A DNA stretch of 64,000 nucleotides from an uncultured Eubacteriales bacterium (GTDB taxonomy: Bacteria > Bacillota > Clostridia > Oscillospirales > QAKW01), in NCBI GenBank assembly GCA_964428505.1, contig CAYRYQ010000001.1:34446-98445 (forward strand). Direction: 5' to 3'. The notes under the pieces are model-generated. The model saw only the letters and a list, made by a program, of their open reading frames with translations, did not search any database and was not told the origin of the DNA. Below, in pieces: positions 7,710 to 17,206 of this stretch. A program made the translations under genes and the position numbers. Positions within the stretch are counted from its first letter, which is position 1, and each line of letters opens with the position of its first letter.

Positions 7710-10337
7710 TTATTTGTTTGCAATCGCAGCCTGAGCCGCAGCCAGTCTGGCGATCGGCACACGGAACGGGGAGCAGGACACATAGGTCAGCCCAATCTTG
7801 TGGCAAAATTCCACCGAAGAGGGATCCCCGCCATGCTCGCCGCAAATGCCCAGATGCATCTCCGGTCTGGTCTTCTTTCCAAGAGATACCGCCATTTCCA
7901 TCAGCTTGCCGACCCCAATCTGGTCCAGCTTTGCAAACGGATCGTTCTCATAAATCTTATTCTCATAATAAGCATCCAGGAACTTCCCGGCGTCGTCACG
8001 GCTGAAGCCGAACGTCATCTGGGTCAGGTCGTTGGTTCCGAAGCAGAAGAACTCCGCTTCCTTGGCGATCTCGTCTGCCGTCAGTGCCGCGCGGGGGATC
8101 TCGATCATGGTGCCGACTTCATAGTTCAGGTCGATCCCGGCTGCCGCGATTTCCGCATCGGCTACCTTGACCACCACGTCTTTAACAAATTTCAGTTCCT
8201 TTACTTCGCCAACCAGCGGAATCATAATTTCGGGAACCAGCGTCCAATCGGGATGCGCCTTTTTCACGTTGATTGCCGCGCGAATCACTGCCTGTGTCTG
8301 CATTTCTGCGATTTCAGGATAGGTAACGGTCAGGCGGCAGCCGCGATGACCCATCATCGGGTTGGCCTCATGCAGGCCGGCGATAATGTTTTTGATCGCT
8401 TCCACAGATTTGCCCTGTGCCTTGGCCAGCTCTGCGACTTCAGGCTCGGTGGTGGGCACGAACTCATGCAGCGGGGGATCCAGGAACCGAATCGTTACCG
8501 GATTGCCTTCCATAGCCTCATACAGCTTTTCGAAATCACCCTGCTGCAACGGAAGAAGCTTCTCCAGCGCCGCCTTACGGGCTTCCACGGTATCGGAGCA
8601 GATCATCTCGCGGAACGCGGCGATTCTGCCCTCTTCAAAGAACATATGCTCGGTGCGGCAAAGACCAATGCCTTCTGCGCCCAGTTCCCGGGCTTTTGCA
8701 GCGTCACGCGGCGTATCCGCGTTGGTGCGCACCTTCAGCACTCTGTATTTATCGGCCCAAGACATGATCCGGCCGAATTCACCGGCGATTTCAGCATCAG
8801 TGGTGGGCACGATTCCGTCGTAAATGTTACCGGTAGAGCCATCCAAAGAGAGGTAGTCTCCCTCATGATAAGTCTTGCCGGCCAGCACAAATTTCTTGTT
8901 GGCCTCATCCATGGCAATGGCAGAGCAGCCGGATACACAACAGGTGCCCATTCCGCGCGCCACCACCGCAGCGTGAGAGGTCATGCCGCCGCGCACGGTC
9001 AGAATGCCCTGCGCCGCTTTCATGCCTTCGATATCCTCCGGAGAAGTCTCCAGACGAACCAGCACCACCTTTTCCCCGCGGGCAGCCCAAGCTTTGGCAT
9101 CATCCGCAGAAAAGACGATCTTGCCGCAGGCAGCGCCCGGAGAAGCGGCCAGCGCTTTCGCCACCGGTTTGGTCTCCTTCAAGGCCTTGGCGTCGAACTG
9201 CGGATGCAGCAACGTATCCAGATTCCGCGGATCAATCATCATCACCGCTTCTTTCTCGGTGCGCATGCCTTCGTCCACCAGATCGCAAGCGATCTTCAAA
9301 GCAGCCTTCGCGGTTCTCTTGCCGTTCCGGGTCTGCAGCATATAGAGCTTTTTATCTTCAATGGTAAACTCCATGTCCTGCATGTCACGATAGTGATTTT
9401 CCAGCGCATGGCAAATTTCCACAAACTGATTGTACACTTCCGGCATTACTTCCTTCAGCTGATCAATATGCTTCGGTGTGCGCACACCGGCCACCACATC
9501 TTCGCCCTGCGCATTCATCAGAAATTCGCCCATCAGTTTCTTTTCGCCGGTGGCAGGATCCCGGGTAAAGGCCACGCCGGTGCCGGAGGTTTCGCCCATG
9601 TTGCCAAAGGCCATCATCTGAACGTTCACGGCAGTTCCCCAGGAATAGGGGATATCATTGTCACGGCGATAAACATTGGCGCGGGGGTTGTCCCAAGAAC
9701 GAAACACCGCTTTGATCGCGCCCATCAGCTGCTCTTTGGGGTCGGTGGGGAACTCGCTGCCGATCTTTGTTTTGTATTCCGCCTTAAACTGATTGGCCAG
9801 CTCCTTGAGATCCTCGGCAGTCAGATCCACATCCTGCGTAACGCCCTTCTTTTCCTTCATGGCGTCGATGAGCTCTTCGAAATACTTCTTACCCACTTCC
9901 ATCACCACGTCGGAGTACATCTGAATAAATCTTCTGTAGCAGTCCCACGCCCAGCGGGGATTACCGGATTTGGCGATAATCACTTCCACCACATCTTCAT
10001 TCAGACCCAGATTCAAAATCGTATCCATCATGCCGGGCATGGAAGCACGGGCACCGGAACGAACCGATACCAGCAGGGGATTCTCCAGATCGCCGAATTT
10101 CTTCCCGGTGATCTCCTCCATTTTGCCAATGTACTCCATGATTTCCGCTTGGATTTCATCGTTAATCTTCCGGCCGTCTTCATAATACTGCGTACAAGCC
10201 TCGGTAGAAATGGTGAAACCCTGGGGAACCGGCAGGCCCAGTTTGGTCATTTCGGCCAGGTTGGCGCCTTTTCCGCCCAGAAGATTCCGCATGGTTGCGT
10301 CACCCTCAGAGAAGAGGTATACGAACTTTTTGCTCAT
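7710..10337 (-). CDS. ppdK: pyruvate, phosphate dikinase
   Basis: 875 aa from MSKKFVYLFSEGDATMRNLLGGKGANLAEMTKLGLPVPQGFTIST. It has the phosphohistidine region GGMTSHAAVVARG and a PEP-utilising C-terminal domain. GGAGGAAAG RBS before the ATG at 10337. Confidence 0.97.
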   Translation of the reverse strand: MSKKFVYLFSEGDATMRNLLGGKGANLAEMTKLGLPVPQGFTISTEACTQYYEDGRKINDEIQAEIMEYIGKMEEITGKKFGDLENPLLVSVRSGARASMPGMMDTILNLGLNEDVVEVIIAKSGNPRWAWDCYRRFIQMYSDVVMEVGKKYFEELIDAMKEKKGVTQDVDLTAEDLKELANQFKAEYKTKIGSEFPTDPKEQLMGAIKAVFRSWDNPRANVYRRDNDIPYSWGTAVNVQMMAFGNMGETSGTGVAFTRDPATGEKKLMGEFLMNAQGEDVVAGVRTPKHIDQLKEVMPEVYNQFVEICHALENHYRDMQDMEFTIEDKKLYMLQTRNGKRTAKAALKIACDLVDEGMRTEKEAVMMIDPRNLDTLLHPQFDAKALKETKPVAKALAASPGAACGKIVFSADDAKAWAARGEKVVLVRLETSPEDIEGMKAAQGILTVRGGMTSHAAVVARGMGTCCVSGCSAIAMDEANKKFVLAGKTYHEGDYLSLDGSTGNIYDGIVPTTDAEIAGEFGRIMSWADKYRVLKVRTNADTPRDAAKARELGAEGIGLCRTEHMFFEEGRIAAFREMICSDTVEARKAALEKLLPLQQGDFEKLYEAMEGNPVTIRFLDPPLHEFVPTTEPEVAELAKAQGKSVEAIKNIIAGLHEANPMMGHRGCRLTVTYPEIAEMQTQAVIRAAINVKKAHPDWTLVPEIMIPLVGEVKELKFVKDVVVKVADAEIAAAGIDLNYEVGTMIEIPRAALTADEIAKEAEFFCFGTNDLTQMTFGFSRDDAGKFLDAYYENKIYENDPFAKLDQIGVGKLMEMAVSLGKKTRPEMHLGICGEHGGDPSSVEFCHKIGLTYVSCSPFRVPIARLAAAQAAIANK

Positions 10338-10415
10338 GAATTTCTTTCCTCCAATTATATAAAATATTAAACAAACACACTCGGGCAACCCGCAGGGCGC
10401 GCGTCACCAAATACC

Positions 10416-10443
10416 ATTATATCATAATTCTTTTGATAGTCCA
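10416..10443 (-). promoter_or_regulatory. candidate ppdK promoter with extended -10
   Basis: On the minus strand, TGGACT, 16 nt, then TGaTATAAT (a TGn extended -10). Confidence 0.35.
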
Positions 10444-10543
10444 CTTTTTTTTTCGTTCCGCTCGAAATTTTAGCGTTTTGCCAAAAAGCGAGTCAAAATA
10501 CACAAAATCCTTCAGCCTTTTGCAGATTTTTCCTGGAACCGGA

Positions 10544-11725
10544 TTATGAAAGCCCGGCGAGTTTGCGCAGCAAAAGCACTGCGTCTGTGATCGAAATGCG
10601 CCGATCCCGATTCAGATCCGCGGCTTCTTTCAGCAGGGCATCTGTTTTTTTCTGGTTGATTATCTGCATCAGGTATATGATATCTGCCATGGTCACCTGA
10701 CCGGATGCGTCCACATCTCCGAGCAACACGTCGGAAGCGGAGCGCACGCCCTGCAGAACAGGGAAGTCATACATCCCCCAAACATGTACAAAATCAAATG
10801 TGGAAAAGCTTGCCTGCTGCCGCATGGACAGATTGCTGACCGCGCCGGTGATTTCTCTGCTGTCACCCGCAGCGCGCGCTGCAGTATCCGCAAGATAATA
10901 GCAATCCTGAACCGTGCCGGCATTTTCGCCGGCAATCCCCCCCAGAAGTGCGGACTGCGCCGTGCAGACAAGCGCACTCCTGCTGTAACAATACTGAATG
11001 GATCCGGCTCCTGCAAATCCGTTTTGACCCGCAAGTCCGCCCAGATAGCAATCGGTATTGGCGGCACTTCCTTCTGCGCTCACCGTACGCATGCTGAAGC
11101 TGTTGGTAAGCGTCCCGGCATTTTCTCCGATCAGGCCGCCGGCAACCGCTTCGGAAGCGCCGGTTGCCGCAACATACACGTATGCCGCGGTGCGGTCCAT
11201 CGTTCCGGCATTTCGGCCGGCCAACCCGCCCGCCACCGCACGAAACGTTGCGCTGGACGCGCTTACCGTACCGGACGCTTCACACTGCCGGATCGCGCCT
11301 TCATTCACGCCTGCAATGGCACCGGCATATACCATGGCGTTTCCGTATCCATCCGTTCCGCTGACGCGAACGTCCACCCGGGTGAGTGCAAGATTTAAAA
11401 TGGTTCCCTTGTTATAGCCGAACAGCCCGGCGGACAACGTTCCGTTTCCGCTGATCTGCGCGCGGAGCCCGGCGATCGCATATCCGGCTCCGTCTAAGCT
11501 GCCGGTGAAGGCGTGGGCCGCATCCGGCGCCAGAAGGGGAAAAGAGGCTGTTAACGTAATATCATTTTTCAGCCGATAATTGCCCGCTAAATTATTTGCG
11601 ATAGCGGCAAGCTCCTCCGGCGTGGAAATCAAAATATACGCCGCGTCAGACGCCGCCGCGGAAAAGAAGGGGATTCCACTCAGAAGCAGCGCCCAGATAC
11701 TCAGTATGGCAGCCATCCGTTTCAT
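10544..11725 (-). CDS. secreted GLUG-repeat protein with C-terminal type I dockerin
   Basis: Signal peptide MKRMAAILSIWALLLSGIPFFSAAASD. Repeated GG(L/I)AG.NAG motifs. C-terminal duplicated Ca-binding loops DVDASGQVTMAD and DLNRDRRISITD. Confidence 0.75.
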   Translation of the reverse strand: MKRMAAILSIWALLLSGIPFFSAAASDAAYILISTPEELAAIANNLAGNYRLKNDITLTASFPLLAPDAAHAFTGSLDGAGYAIAGLRAQISGNGTLSAGLFGYNKGTILNLALTRVDVRVSGTDGYGNAMVYAGAIAGVNEGAIRQCEASGTVSASSATFRAVAGGLAGRNAGTMDRTAAYVYVAATGASEAVAGGLIGENAGTLTNSFSMRTVSAEGSAANTDCYLGGLAGQNGFAGAGSIQYCYSRSALVCTAQSALLGGIAGENAGTVQDCYYLADTAARAAGDSREITGAVSNLSMRQQASFSTFDFVHVWGMYDFPVLQGVRSASDVLLGDVDASGQVTMADIIYLMQIINQKKTDALLKEAADLNRDRRISITDAVLLLRKLAGLS

Positions 11726-13203
11726 ATCAGGTTCTCCTTTATCTCCGGCAGCTTCAGTTCCGCGTAACGCGTTAAGAAGGGAAGTAGCTTCCGGGCAATT
11801 TGCTGTGCGCCGCCGAAAGCGTCGCTCTCTATATTAATAGGAATCACAGGATCATGCAGGGACAGGCGTACCAAAAACCAGCCGTCCCCGTTCTGCCGGT
11901 CAAAGTTCACCCGCACACCCTCGTAATTCGGCGTTTCCGGCGTCCAGCCTTCCGCAACACAATACGCTGCCAACGCGTTCAGCACCTGCTGCCCATAGGC
12001 TCTAAAATCGGGCGCCAGAATCTCTGCCCGCAGCTCCATACTCTCCTTCGGTTCTTCCAGATCCTCAATCAAGGAAAAAAGCGTCTTTCCCTGCCGTTTC
12101 AGCTGGGCCAGCTCCGCCAGCATCCTAGCAGCCAGATAGGAACCGTCATCCAAATAATGGTTTTCTTTCAGCGCTCCGTGTCCGCTGGTTTCCATGGCCA
12201 GTGGCGCGCAAATCTCGCTTTTTTCCAGCCGAATTGCCTCATCGATCACTTTTTTATACCCGCGCATAAATCGGTGGTGCACCCCGCCATGGGCGGTAAT
12301 AAACCGCGTCAGTCCGCGGGAGGTCACCGAATCGGTCACAATCGTGCAGCCCGGCCGTTCCCGCAGCACCACCGCCGCAAGCAGCGCGATCATCCGGTTC
12401 CGGTTGATTTCTCTTCCGCCGGCATCAACAATAGCGGCCCGGTCGCAATCGGTGTCAAAACAGATTCCCATATCCGCATGCCCGGCAAGCGTAGCCTTTG
12501 CACAGGCATCCATCGCAGCCTTATTCTCCGGGTTGGGAATATGATTCGGAAAACGCCCGTCCGGATCTAAAAAGACGGAACCGGCCGCGTTTGCGCCCAG
12601 AGGCGCCAGCACCTGTTCCACAAAGAAGCCCCCGGCACCGTTTCCGGCATCAACAACCACATGAATCCCCTCCAGCGGCCGCTCCTCCCCGGTCTTTTCC
12701 CGCACCATACGGACCAGGCTTTCGCTGTATGGACCCATTAAGTCAAAGCAGTGCATCTCGCCGGCCGGGCGGCGCGGAAACGCCTTTTCCTCTGCCAGCG
12801 CAAGAATGGTGTCAACATCCGCCCCGTCAATCCCGCCGTCTTTCGTGAAAAATTTCATCCCGTTGCGGTCATAGGGCAGGTGAGAGGCGGTAATTTCAAT
12901 GGCGCCGTCACACGCGCTCTTTTCGTAATATGTAGAGAAAAACATCGACGGCGTTGTTGCCAGATTGCAATTCAAAACAGAAACCCCCATGGAACAAAGC
13001 CCCTGCACCACGCCTTCCGTCAGCGCGTCGCCGGAAAGCCGTGGATCTCTTCCCACCGCTATTTTGGCCGGATTCTGACCGCTGCGCTGCTCTAAAAACA
13101 ATACGAAGGCTTTGGCCAGCCGCTCTGCCCGCTCCGGGGTCAGCGTCGGGGCCTCCCCCAAAGCAACACCTCTTATATCGGTCCCGCTTTTTAATTCTCT
13201 CAT
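11722..13203 (-). CDS. alpha-D-phosphohexomutase family (phosphomannomutase/phosphoglucomutase)
   Basis: 493 aa. GTDIRGV N-terminus, active-site TASHLPYDRNGMKFF, and metal loop FDTDCDR. Confidence 0.85.
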   Translation of the reverse strand: MRELKSGTDIRGVALGEAPTLTPERAERLAKAFVLFLEQRSGQNPAKIAVGRDPRLSGDALTEGVVQGLCSMGVSVLNCNLATTPSMFFSTYYEKSACDGAIEITASHLPYDRNGMKFFTKDGGIDGADVDTILALAEEKAFPRRPAGEMHCFDLMGPYSESLVRMVREKTGEERPLEGIHVVVDAGNGAGGFFVEQVLAPLGANAAGSVFLDPDGRFPNHIPNPENKAAMDACAKATLAGHADMGICFDTDCDRAAIVDAGGREINRNRMIALLAAVVLRERPGCTIVTDSVTSRGLTRFITAHGGVHHRFMRGYKKVIDEAIRLEKSEICAPLAMETSGHGALKENHYLDDGSYLAARMLAELAQLKRQGKTLFSLIEDLEEPKESMELRAEILAPDFRAYGQQVLNALAAYCVAEGWTPETPNYEGVRVNFDRQNGDGWFLVRLSLHDPVIPINIESDAFGGAQQIARKLLPFLTRYAELKLPEIKENLI

Positions 13204-14750
13204 TCCTTAATCTCCGTTTCTGTCGTTTTCAATTTGGTAATGTCTCCGTAAACCGCCCAAGGGCCGGTCGATTGAAAAAGGCCGATATCTGATGCCACAA
13301 ACAATACGCCATCCCGATAAGCAAGCGGAAAGATGGGCGTGTATTGATCGAACGAGTGCGCAAACGCGGATAAAGACAAATTCCCGGTTTGATAATCTGC
13401 CGCCGCCTGCTCCAGCTCCGGCGCAGAAAATCCGCCGTAATTAACCGGGCTGGCGGTCGTGTAAAGCGCCGGGTTCAGTGTTCGCCCGGTTTTGACCTCT
13501 CCCAGATAAAGCGCATACTGCCCCGTCTGCAAACGGGTATTATAATCTGCCGTACTGACCGCTTCCACATTAATCTTTACGCCGGCCATGGCAAAGCTGT
13601 CTGCCACCGCCTGCGCCACATTCCGATGGATAATGCTGCCGGCGTCCACCAGCAGGGAGAAAGTCAGCTGATTCCCGCTCTCATCCAGCAACGCGTTTTC
13701 CGAAACCTGCAGCCCCACCGCCTGCGCTTTTTCTTTTCGCGCGGCATCGCTCCAATTCTTTTCCTGCTCCAGGCCGTCCGCTTTATACCACGTGGCCTGA
13801 AACGGATATGCGGTTTCCTGCGCTTGCCCCAGCAAAACGCCGTCGGTAATTTTTTCCCGGTCAAGCAATCCGTTCAGGTAGGCGCGTATTTCTGCTCTGG
13901 AAAGCAGTCCGTTTTGGCAATTAACGCCTAAATACAGCAGGTTGTCCGACGCATAGGTCTGCACCTGATAATTTTTCCCTCCCGAAAACACGAGATCGCT
14001 CTCCGCCGGCACGAAATAAACATCCAGCAGGCCAACTGAAAACATATTTTGCCGCTCGGTGTTGTCTGCCGGTTTTTTCAAGTAAATGGTCTGAATGGTC
14101 GGCTGTGTAAAATAGGAAGTGTTGGGCACCAAAACCCGCTTCCCATTGATTTCTGAAAAACAGTATGGGCCGCAGCCGGCATCTCCTTTTTGCTGCATCA
14201 CCGGAATATCCATCCGGCTGATGAAATCCACATCCGGCGCCTTTAATGTCACCATTAAGGTCCGGTCATCCGCAGCGCGCCAGCTCTTCAAGTTTTCCAG
14301 CCGCGTATAATACGGGGAGGTGGGGGTATTGCGGATCGTTTTAAAGCTGGCGGCCACATCGGCGGCCGTTACCGCGCTGCCGTCGCTGAACTGCAGCCCT
14401 TCGCGCAAAACGATTGTCGCGTCGGTTCCTTCCGTGGTGATTTGCTCCGCCAGCACATATTCCGCCACAAGCGCACTATTCAGCCGCACCAACGGGCTAT
14501 AAATCAGTTTCAGCAACTCATGGTTTTCGCTGTTTGTGGTGGTGAGGGGATTCATGTCCATATCCTCATAGAACACCATGGAAATGGATTCCCGCGCTGG
14601 ACGCATTTCTTTTTCTTCCGCCCCGTTGGTATTGCTGTAGGCGCCAAGCTGGTTGTCCGTTCCATCGGTTCCATAAATGGTACTGCTGTCACATCCGCTC
14701 ATTCCCAAGACAAGCATCAGTGCAATCAGAACACTCCACACTCTTTTCAC
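13200..14750 (-). CDS. family-5 (peptide/nickel type) ABC substrate-binding lipoprotein, orphan (no permease genes adjacent)
   Basis: GTG start at 14750 preceded by GGAGG. Signal and lipobox (M)KRVWSVLIALMLVLGMSGC. The body resembles the SBP_bac_5 fold (LKLIYSPLVRLN..., LQFSDGSAVTAADV). Confidence 0.8.
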   Translation of the reverse strand: MKRVWSVLIALMLVLGMSGCDSSTIYGTDGTDNQLGAYSNTNGAEEKEMRPARESISMVFYEDMDMNPLTTTNSENHELLKLIYSPLVRLNSALVAEYVLAEQITTEGTDATIVLREGLQFSDGSAVTAADVAASFKTIRNTPTSPYYTRLENLKSWRAADDRTLMVTLKAPDVDFISRMDIPVMQQKGDAGCGPYCFSEINGKRVLVPNTSYFTQPTIQTIYLKKPADNTERQNMFSVGLLDVYFVPAESDLVFSGGKNYQVQTYASDNLLYLGVNCQNGLLSRAEIRAYLNGLLDREKITDGVLLGQAQETAYPFQATWYKADGLEQEKNWSDAARKEKAQAVGLQVSENALLDESGNQLTFSLLVDAGSIIHRNVAQAVADSFAMAGVKINVEAVSTADYNTRLQTGQYALYLGEVKTGRTLNPALYTTASPVNYGGFSAPELEQAAADYQTGNLSLSAFAHSFDQYTPIFPLAYRDGVLFVASDIGLFQSTGPWAVYGDITKLKTTETEIKE

Positions 14751-14751
14751 T

Positions 14752-15558
14752 TTATTCCTCCATTGCGATCGCCGCCAGCTGGCAGCCGCGCCGTCCGTTT
14801 GTATACCGATGGGAAAAATACAGGTCATGATTACAAAAAGTACAGACTTCCGCCACATAAATATGCGCGTTCAGCACTCCGGCCTCCTGCAGCACCAGGC
14901 GGTTTGCCTGCCAAAGGTCGATCATTCCATGTCCTTCCCGCGAAGAAGGAATTTCCGGCAGCGCCGCCCCGAAGCGGGAAGAGAATGCCTTCTGCACCTC
15001 CGGCCCCACCTCAAAATGACAACGCCCGATCGAAGGGCCGATTGCCGCCAAAATATGCGGGGCAGAGGCACCCTGCGCCACCATTTGCCGAACCGCATTT
15101 GCCGCAATGGCGCCCACCGTTCCCCGCCAGCCGCTGTGAACCGCCGCAACAATCTTAGCATGCGGGTCTGCCATCAAAATTGGAACACAATCTGCTGTGA
15201 AGCAAACCAAACCAAGCCCTTTTTCACCGGTTACCAGACCGTCCACATCGCGCCATTCCCGGAAGCGGCCCCGCCCCTTTTCTGCCGACCCGGCCGCACG
15301 CACCTGAACCGAATGCGTCTGGTGTGTCAGCACCAAGCTGTCAAACGGCAACGCATTCGCCGCGCAAAACCGCCGATAATTTTCATCCACAACCGCTTCT
15401 GTTTCTTTTTGATAGGAAAAACTCATCGCCGCGCAGTCCCCGCGGCTCACCCCGCCAATTCGGGTGGAAAATCCATGGCAAAGGCCTGGAATGGCTTCAA
15501 AGGCGCCACATTTTAACGTCTGTATGCCGTTGTTCTCCACTAAATGAAAATCGCTCAT
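14752..15558 (-). CDS. pgeF: peptidoglycan editing factor / laccase-domain protein (YfiH/PgeF, DUF152)
   Basis: 268 aa. HGFSTRIGGVS, LTHQTHSVQV, TADCVPIL and AAVHSGWRGTV are the conserved YfiH motifs. Confidence 0.85.
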   Translation of the reverse strand: MSDFHLVENNGIQTLKCGAFEAIPGLCHGFSTRIGGVSRGDCAAMSFSYQKETEAVVDENYRRFCAANALPFDSLVLTHQTHSVQVRAAGSAEKGRGRFREWRDVDGLVTGEKGLGLVCFTADCVPILMADPHAKIVAAVHSGWRGTVGAIAANAVRQMVAQGASAPHILAAIGPSIGRCHFEVGPEVQKAFSSRFGAALPEIPSSREGHGMIDLWQANRLVLQEAGVLNAHIYVAEVCTFCNHDLYFSHRYTNGRRGCQLAAIAMEE

Positions 15559-15690
15559 TCTGTGCTCCCTGTGTTTTTTCTTATTTTTTTATTATACAAC
15601 ATTTTTTCACCACCTTCAAGTATGACATGAATTAATTCTTGCAATTCTCTCTGAATATCAGTATAATGATTTCAAAAATGGAGGTGTCAC

Positions 15691-16209
15691 ATGAAAACAT
15701 TCTGGAGCGCCGCGCGCACGACGATCGTGATATTGGTCGTTGCGCTGATCTTTTTTCTTTCTTATTTTATTATATCATCTTTTCTTAAAGATCATTCACC
15801 CCAGCAGGCCTACGACATTACCGGCGTTGCTGACGACGGAACAACGCTGATCTCGCTTTCTGATTATTTCGGTACCAAGGGAACGGTGTTGGTGTTTTTT
15901 GATATCGATACCGGCAAAGCGATCGACCTGCTGCAGCAGTTGTCTTCTCTTGCGCCGGATTATCCGGTCACCATTTTTGCGGTGGCAACCAGCAGAAAAC
16001 CCATTGAGGAACAAAAGAACCTGCTGAAGGAGGATGGAATCACGCTGCCCGTTCTGGCTTTTGATGTGCAGGGAGAAATGGCCGAAACCTATAATGTTCA
16101 CGGTACTCCGGTCACTTATTTTATCGACAAAAACGGCGCAGTTCAGGAAGCCTATATTGCTTCTGTCAGCACGAAATCCCTCATAAAAAGCATGAAAAAG
16201 ATCGCCTGA
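15691..16209 (+). CDS. membrane-anchored thioredoxin-fold (TlpA/ResA-like) protein lacking the CxxC motif
   Basis: N-terminal TM helix, then the redoxin-like pattern GTVLVFFDIDTGKAIDLL ... YNVHGTPVTYFIDKNGAV. The translation contains no cysteine. Confidence 0.6.
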   Translation: MKTFWSAARTTIVILVVALIFFLSYFIISSFLKDHSPQQAYDITGVADDGTTLISLSDYFGTKGTVLVFFDIDTGKAIDLLQQLSSLAPDYPVTIFAVATSRKPIEEQKNLLKEDGITLPVLAFDVQGEMAETYNVHGTPVTYFIDKNGAVQEAYIASVSTKSLIKSMKKIA

Positions 16210-16223
16210 ATTCGACACTTTTT

Positions 16224-16262
16224 AAACCCCTTGTCAAAATTTGACGAGGGGTTTTTCTTGCT
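16224..16262 (+). terminator. rho-independent terminator
   Basis: aaaccccttgtcaaa / tttgacgaggggttt stem with one mismatch, followed by a T-run. Confidence 0.7.
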
Positions 16263-16314
16263 TTTTTTTGAAAGATCTTTTAAACTAAAATCAAACGAGG
16301 GGAGGGACAACCTT

Positions 16315-17109
16315 ATGCCAAGTCTTTTTAAACAGCGTGACAGTTTGCAGTGGGTCGATGTCAGCTCCATTCTTCCCGCGACGAATCAGCCGCGCACGGT
16401 TTTCCGGGAAGATCAGCTGCGGGAGCTTTCCAACAGTATTGCTGCGAACGGTGTTCTGCAGCCACTGCTTGTCATGAAGGAGGGCGATCACTTTCGCCTC
16501 ATTGCCGGAGAACGCCGCCTGCGGGCTGCCAAAGAAGCGCGCTTGACACGGGTGCCCTGCGTGCTGACCGAAAAGACGCCGGCAGAGGCGGCCAAATTGT
16601 CGTTGATTGAAAATCTGCAAAGAGAGAATCTCTCGTTCTTTGAAGAGGCCACCGCGTTTCAGCGGCTGATCAATGAATATGGCCTTTCCCAGGCAGAAAT
16701 TGCCCGCAGCGTATGTAAGGATCCTTCTACGGTTGCGAACAAACTTCGTTTGCTGAAGCTGCCCATCAGCGCGCAGATTTTAATTCACAAGCATAATCTG
16801 ACCGAGCGGCATGCCCGGGCGCTTCTGAAAGTGCCGGATGCAGATCTTTTGATGGAGCTGCTGGAAACGGTGATCGGGCAGGAGCTTACGGTCATCGAAA
16901 CAGAGCAGCTGATCGGCGCGGCTTTGACGCCGCGAAAAAAACGCCAAAAGCCCTGCCGGGTCGGATCTATCAAAGACATCCGGCTGTGCATCAACACCAT
17001 CAATCATACGGTGGCCACCTTAAAACAGGCGGGTATCAAACCGCAAACGCAAATTAATGATGAAGAGCGGTTTGTTGAATATATTATTCGCATACCCAAA
17101 ACATCCTAA
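16315..17109 (+). CDS. noc: ParB/Noc family protein (nucleoid-occlusion-like paralog)
   Basis: 264 aa from MPSLFKQRDSLQWVDVSSILPATNQPR. It has the ParB box GERRLRAAKEA and an HTH region. GGGGAGGG RBS. I cannot separate Noc from a second ParB by eye. Confidence 0.75.
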   Translation: MPSLFKQRDSLQWVDVSSILPATNQPRTVFREDQLRELSNSIAANGVLQPLLVMKEGDHFRLIAGERRLRAAKEARLTRVPCVLTEKTPAEAAKLSLIENLQRENLSFFEEATAFQRLINEYGLSQAEIARSVCKDPSTVANKLRLLKLPISAQILIHKHNLTERHARALLKVPDADLLMELLETVIGQELTVIETEQLIGAALTPRKKRQKPCRVGSIKDIRLCINTINHTVATLKQAGIKPQTQINDEERFVEYIIRIPKTS

Positions 17110-17120
17110 TCCCCTATATG

Positions 17121-17165
17121 CAAACAGAGAACATACTTCCCCGGTATGTTCTCTGTTTGTTTTTC
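17121..17165 (+). terminator. rho-independent terminator after noc
   Basis: Perfect 16-bp stem caaacagagaacatac / gtatgttctctgtttg, 7-nt loop, then TTTTT. Confidence 0.85.
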
Positions 17166-17168
17166 AAC

Positions 17169-17184
17169 CGTTTCACGTGAAACA
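17169..17184. promoter_or_regulatory. parS: parS site (15/16 match to TGTTTCACGTGAAACA)
   Basis: The sequence is cGTTTCACGTGAAACA. Confidence 0.85.
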
Positions 17185-17206
17185 ATAGGAAGGTGTTTTG
17201 CGTTCC

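Noticed and set aside
7629-10370. 913-aa plus-strand ORF, the longest apart from the two surface-protein ORFs, considered as a real gene
   Set aside because: It is exactly codon-aligned antisense to ppdK, whose protein identity is unambiguous. The product is low-complexity (His/Arg/Gly/Leu-rich) with no recognisable motif and no RBS. Its openness is explained by the absence of TTA, CTA and TCA codons in ppdK.
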